Assembly (NCBI GenBank): GCA_002633005.1
Contig: NMRA01000138.1
Location: 307,005 to 371,004, forward strand
Reading direction: 5' to 3'
Origin: Phoronis australis
Taxonomy: Eukaryota > Animalia > Phoronida
Length of the DNA stretch: 64,000 bases
A program made the translations under genes and the position numbers. The notes beneath the pieces were generated by a model. The model saw nothing but the letters and a program-made list of their open reading frames with translations, searched no databases and was not told the origin of the DNA. This document shows, piece by piece, positions 57,980 through 64,000 of the stretch. Numbering within the stretch: position 1 is the stretch's first letter; each line of letters starts with the position of its first letter.

Positions 57980-60900
57980 TATTGTACTATGTTGAGTGGA
58001 CCTGCTGCTTATCACCCTGGGTTGACTTTGATCTCATTCTTCGAATGTTATGTGTACTGATGAATCCTCTCAAACATGGACCTCCTGTGAGCCTATGTCT
58101 CAAGGCAAGGTACACATATCTAATTGGACTAGCCAATCTCATCGGTTCAAGAATTTCTTCTCACTCGTGATTTGTCTTGAAATTCACGTCGAGTAAATTA
58201 TGAAGGCTGGCCCTCTCAACAACGGCATAGAGCGATCATCTCAACTACATTAATTGTTTGTTACTTTTTAAAATGACACAATCGAGGACAATGAGCACGA
58301 ATAAAATGCACAAAGTTGAACAAACTTACACAAAAGTTATCTCAGTCAACACTTCAAGACTTGTTTGGACTTTTTTCATTAAGTTTATACTTCGATTTTT
58401 TTACATGAATGTGTTTTTCTTTCGCCCTCGCAAACATTTCCGAGGCCACTGACCGTCGACCTTGAATGACGGACGTGAGCTTCAGGCGCCTCTTAATTTA
58501 TTCGCAAGGCCATGTTGCCCGGCGCAAATGTGTTTGACTTTACAGTTCAGACCTTATATCCAAAAACACATTACTCTGGCAATGATTCAGTTCCCCAAAA
58601 ATGTATTGATAGGTTAGCAGTTATATTTACGATCAAGTTATCGGATTTTCAAAACAGATTTGACTATTTTGGAAAGAGATTTCAGGGGCGGATCAAGGAT
58701 TTAGATTTGGGGGGATAGGACAGAGTTCAAATAGCTAGGATTTTACCCGTCAGATATTCGCACCCCCGAACTGCCAAATGGAATCTCGGAGAATTTTAGA
58801 GGGGACCATGGCCCCTTGGCCGCCCTTAAAGCCGCCATTGGATTTGTAATTGTATTTGGCCACGAACATTGGAGTTTTGTTGATTTACGCAAATGTTTAT
58901 TGTTGTTAATGGTGTTAATTAATTCTTTACGGCATAAATTAAATTACAACGAAGTCTTATTTTAAAGTATCAGACGTTTCATTAAAATGTTAAAACTCTT
59001 TCTTCTTAATGCAACCTTGTGTAATTCTACAGTTTACTGAACATTCTATCAAATGCGTTGAAACGATTATATGCGTAATGAGAAGACACTTTTCTGAATA
59101 ATTATGCAGTTCTTAGAGCAGTCTCTATAAAGCGTTGCAGAAACATAACCCGTTCGTTCACAACATACATCTACAGGTGCGGATCCTATTTAGGTTAAAA
59201 TTTTAGGAAATAGAAATTGTCCAGTGTTTTGCGTAACATGGCGCATTCTACAAAAGCATCAGTTTGTTTTGTTTTGTATGTTTATGCAGCATTCTCTCGT
59301 TCTGAGAGATTTTGTGTTGTTACTTGTTCGAACTGTCACAAAGAGAAGGTCAAGGCCACAGCTGGTAGGCCAACTAAAACTATTCATTCGCGCCATACGT
59401 TGTTGAAAATGTACTATATCCACTTATTGTGTTTAGAAGTGCTTTGAATCCAACCAAATTGCAAACGTCCATGCATTAATAAACAGACAAAATCTGTTTA
59501 TGTGTCTCGATAAAAAGTAGGATTAAGCCCCCAGCACCATGTCTCTGACGATATTTCAAAAGCACACGCCACTTTAGTTATTAGTTGACTGAAGAATGGA
59601 TTCAATTCTACGTGACAAACTAATTAATTATGACCAGTATAAATTATCCCACAAACAGCACTTTGTTTGCAGGTGTTACATCACGAATCTGTATTGATTT
59701 GAGCACAAACAAGGTTCGAGTCCTGCTCCAACTCATTTGAAAAGGCCCCCACTGCTATACTGCAAAACAACCCTTGTATAAGAGACTGATCATACACGAA
59801 TTAACGCGTAAATTAAGCACTACTATCGAAAACATGTCACCTACCGGAAATTTCTGATCATAAGGCCCTGGGCGTATATTCAGAAAACAATGCACCTCGT
59901 GAACACCAGGGCATACTTTCGGAAGTACAAGCGTTCCAAACTCAAAATGCATAGCGAATACAACTGCATATGTTTTGCTATGGTGGTCATTTAGCAAGAC
60001 AGCAAGACTGCTATGCAAAAATTCAGGTTCAGAATAATTGAAAATAACCCATACCTGTACAAATTAACAAACTCCATCTTTGCCAAAGCCTCCAGGGTCT
60101 AATTATCAACTCAAGCTCGATCAAGGCTTGAAACCTATCTAATCTCGTCACATAAGTCGAGTACATATTTGTTTGAAGTGTGCCAAACAATCAGTCAATT
60201 TTAGTCGGGTTTCGAGCACAGGGATTAGACCTCTGGTTCTGACGTCCATTTTGGGAAATTTTAGACTGCTATATAACAATAATAATTCTTACTCCGACAG
60301 TAAGCTCTTGTATGAGTCTACACTTAGATTATTACCAGTTATAAACCTTTGAACTAACAAATAGGTGGGTTTGTTTTCAGAAGTTTCCTGTACCATCGGC
60401 GCTGATGTTAGCAACAACATATGTTTCATTGTTACTGATGTTTGTTGAACACTCAATGTGATACGAAAACTTGAAAATAATGAATTAACTAATAAAATAT
60501 CCTCTGCAGTATTACGATGCGCCACTCGACAGAAGTATGCAACACAGCAAACAACAACTCTCTGAACCAAGAGGTGTATTTTGGAGCTCCGTGATTAAAG
60601 TTGCATTGAAAATTTTCATCAAAAATATTTATACAATAGCGAATACGATTTTATGAAGCATCTTGTATCATTGCAGCTTTAGGAGGTAAGTGAATATCCT
60701 AGTTTTATTAATCTAGGCCCGTAAGGCATGTGCATGCAATGGGTTTAGTAGTACAATTTACTAAGTGAAGATTAAAAGTTTTAAACGTGTGCGTGATCAG
60801 TTCACATGTACTTTCAGTCTATAATTACCCACGCCTGCAAAAGCGACCTAGAATTACTGTTTGTCGGTCTCGTTTCTCTTCCTAAAAGAATACTTCCAAA

Positions 60901-61656
60901 ATGTTGTCTTCTTCCCGTAGGAAACTCGACATTTTCGAATGTTTTAAGCTGTGACTAGGCTTTTAAAACACCTCCCCAGCATACGTTTAAACGCTTTTGA
61001 AAAAAATATTAATTGTTGGCGATCTCTTAAAATACATCGAAAAGGAATCATCGGAAAATATTACAGCGAAATAGCTTAACTGCTAATTTGCGACAAATTC
61101 CTGCGATGATTAAGATACTCTTTTGCTAGACAATTTCCCGTGACGTGTATTATTTAGTTGTTACACAGTTGTTGTATGGTCTAGTTCTCAGGACCGAACT
61201 GAAAAACTAACAGTTAAATGTTTTGTAGACTGACAACATATAAATGCATAACGAAGGATCTTCATGGGACACTCATTATTAAGACATTCAAAAAGTTTTG
61301 CAAAAGCAAGCTGTCGCATTTCTCTGCGCCTACTTGTTTAGAAAAATGTCAATAACTATTAGATTCTTTTGAAAAGCTTGAGTCATATAGATGTTTTGTC
61401 AACGGATAGAGTGCCTATACGTGTTTGAAAAATTACTTTACCATAAGCAATTTATCGAGAACATTTAAAGATTTATGAGTCGAACTACAGCTTAAAAATC
61501 AATTTGTTGGTTTTTTGATAACCGATAAAATTCATCATAGACGAAGATATTTAGTAGCGAGGGATCTGATAGTTGCTAGTCCTATACAGTGTGTTGCACC
61601 AGAGAGTATATTTAGTATTCTGAAACAGGGACGTTTGTAAGACGGAAGGACAGCAA

Positions 61657-61705
61657 ATGGACGAAAGAAACGCCACTCTGGCGACTTCAAACAGCTGTGA
61701 ATTCG
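61657..61705 (+). CDS. Probable first coding exon of the GPCR
   Basis: MDERNATLATSNSCEF with N-glycosylation sequon; G|gtgagt phase-1 donor matches the acceptor at 62664. Confidence 0.6.
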
Positions 61706-62117
61706 GTGAGTTTCAGGAAATCACTGTAATTTTATGTTCTTCACTGTCACGTCAACAACAGTACAATTAATTGGCATCATGTTTAAAGAATCGATGAAAA
61801 CTGGAATTATATAGTTCACAGACAGAGATTGAAAACAAATCGTAGATAACTCACGAAAAGTGTTCAACTGTGTGATGAAACTGAACTGTTAATTAATGAT
61901 CACGAATCAGGAGTGGTTGTCGAACTGCAACCACATAAGTACACATACCACGCACCGAAAGATTCGTTGTGCGTAGTAAAGTATTGCGGTGCGTGATATC
62001 TGTTTCGTAGTACATGTTCTGTGGCACATGGCAATCATTGCATTGTGAACCTGAACTGTATACGACTTTAAATTTTAGCTTTGATTAATTTGCACCTTAC
62101 TGACACCGTACTGAGAG

Positions 62118-62607
62118 CAGTGCCGGATTAAAAACGTAGCAGAAGTAGCGTATGCTACGAGCACCGCGCTTTTTGGGGTCTCGCGCTCACAACAGTTTTA
62201 GAGGCACTAGTACCATAAACGTCTACTCATGTCTACTCCTATAGAAGCACTGACCTCAGGTGGTGCGAACGTTTGTGCTGGGACAGCACCATTTTCAGTA
62301 TATGTAGGGTCAAGAGTGCGGGGCCCCACTGAATAAGCAAGTCAAAGAATTGTAGGTGTTATTGTGCTGGAACACCCACGGGGCCCCTGATTAACGGTGT
62401 GTGAACTCCTGAAACCGTTTAATTAGATGCGTTGCCCAATGGACACATCACCGGCGTAGAAGCCGCCTCAATTGCTTTCGTTCTCAAAAGTGAAAATTAA
62501 AGCTATTTTGCTTTAGGTTTAAAAAAACCGTTGTATGAGCATATAAGAAGGGGCCCCGTGCTTTGACTTAGGACGCAACGGGTCCTGAATTGCTTAATCC
62601 GGCACTA
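62118..62607. mobile_element. hAT-like MITE in GPCR intron
   Basis: TIR cagtgccggattaa / ttaatccggcacta; 8-bp TSD actgagag/attgagag (1 mismatch). Confidence 0.7.
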
Positions 62608-62664
62608 ATTGAGAGAAATGTATTTTGAGTTGCTATAATTTTTTATTGACTATTCCTCGTCCAG

Positions 62665-63725
62665 CAGCTAGCAGTGTTGATGACGTAACAGACAATGACA
62701 AAGGATGGGGATTTTGGCTGAAGATGTTTGGAACATTTACAATTGCTGGTGTGGGTATCGTGTGCAACACTCTCTCATTTATAGTAATGAAGACCCCGCG
62801 CCTTCGCAAGAAATCCTACGCGCACTATCTCTGCGCACTAGCTGTGTTTGACTCGCTGACTCTTTTGATATACATTTTGAAACGCGTAAACTCTTTACTA
62901 CGCTCTACAGGGGGATTATTTCACTCAGACATTGATTGCAAAGTTTTCAATTTTGTCGAACATGTTTGCTACCTGATGTCGTCGTGGCTGATTGTGTGCA
63001 TAACGTTGGAACGATTGCTGGTAATATTCTTTCCATTTAAACAATTCCGAATGTGTCGTCTTAGCGGAACGGTACTGGTGATCCTCGGACTGTTCATCAT
63101 TATGACTTACACACAAGTTTTTCGCCTGATTGTGGTTTCTCACTACGAACAGACCATTGGCAATGGAACGTACACTTGTGCAGCTGCACGAAAGTATATC
63201 GAGTTTTACATACTAATGCAAGTTTACGTTTACAAGTTTGTATTCATATTTACCCTACCGGCGACCATCATAATAACTGCGAACACAATGATTTTGGTAA
63301 AGGTCATTAAACTTCGCAAAACCTCTCTCCTTCTGGCACCAGCTCAGACTAATCGCAGGTTCCACGGAAGGAGGAAACATAAGTCGACTTGCATGCTTGT
63401 TCTCATATCTGGAAGTTACACAGTCACTCTTCTTCCTTTGATTGTTATGTCGATTGTTTTGTTCGTCGGCATGAGAAGCGATAAACCTGATCCGACGATT
63501 TATTTCAGTATCAGCCAACACTTCTCGCCAGTATTCGAAACATTTGCCCTACTGAACTATAGCATTAATTTCTTCATTTATGTTTTATCGGCAAAAGCGT
63601 TTCGTCACGAGTTAAAACTACTCTTGCTCTGCAGAAAACCACGTAGGCTATCGACGCCGAACAACAGGAGACTGTCTCCATCTAGCAGAAATTGTCAAGA
63701 AACAGTTATAATTCACAGTAACTGA
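62665..63725 (+). CDS. Class A (rhodopsin-like) GPCR, invertebrate neuropeptide-receptor-like (FMRFamide-receptor-related group)
   Basis: Seven hydrophobic segments; TM1 GIVCN, TM2 LAVFD, TM3 C..SSWLIVCITLERLL, TM5 LP, TM7 NYSINFFIY, helix 8 FR.EL. Confidence 0.9.
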
Positions 63726-64000
63726 CATGGGCCAGTGATATGAAATCGAACACATGTCGAGCGTGTATATTGTTACTAACAAGATCATTACATGTCGAGC
63801 GTGTATATTGTTAATGAAAAGATCATTACATGTTTTACGGCCGAAAAACGTATTTTGAGGATTATGGTTGGATGGAATACTTGTTGAAGTTGTTAGCTTT
63901 GATTATGAACTCTAGTAAAGCTGTGAAAACGAAACCCGATGTGCAAATCGTCAATTTTAGTCCGGTGTCTGTGAGACATTCGCTGGAATCAAGGCCGGTG

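Overview
Eukaryotic, intron-rich invertebrate genomic DNA (lophotrochozoan-like by gene and repeat style; species cannot be determined), with three assembly gaps. Five protein-coding genes were reconstructed by hand from splice sites and reading-frame phase. (1) An LRP11-like MANSC/EB/LDLa single-pass membrane protein (+; no start codon identified, 5' exons probably outside the window). (2) Protein-L-isoaspartate O-methyltransferase PCMT1/PIMT (-). (3) An arginase with a mitochondrial-type presequence and two GC-AG introns (+). (4) An SLC25A29/45/47/48-clade mitochondrial carrier (-). (5) A class A peptide-receptor-like GPCR (+). The main observation is that the PIMT gene has two mutually exclusive, duplicated first coding exons. 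One gives the canonical MAW- start plus an upstream presequence-like extension; the other adds a signal peptide. It also has two competing terminal splice donors giving -RWK or a KDEL-like -RNDL end. Together these suggest cytosolic, mitochondrial and ER-luminal isoaspartate-repair isoforms from one locus. Introns carry Helentron-associated (HINE-like) elements with regularly spaced CTCF-consensus motifs, several MITEs (including a CAC-terminated element with a 5-bp TSD) and minisatellites.
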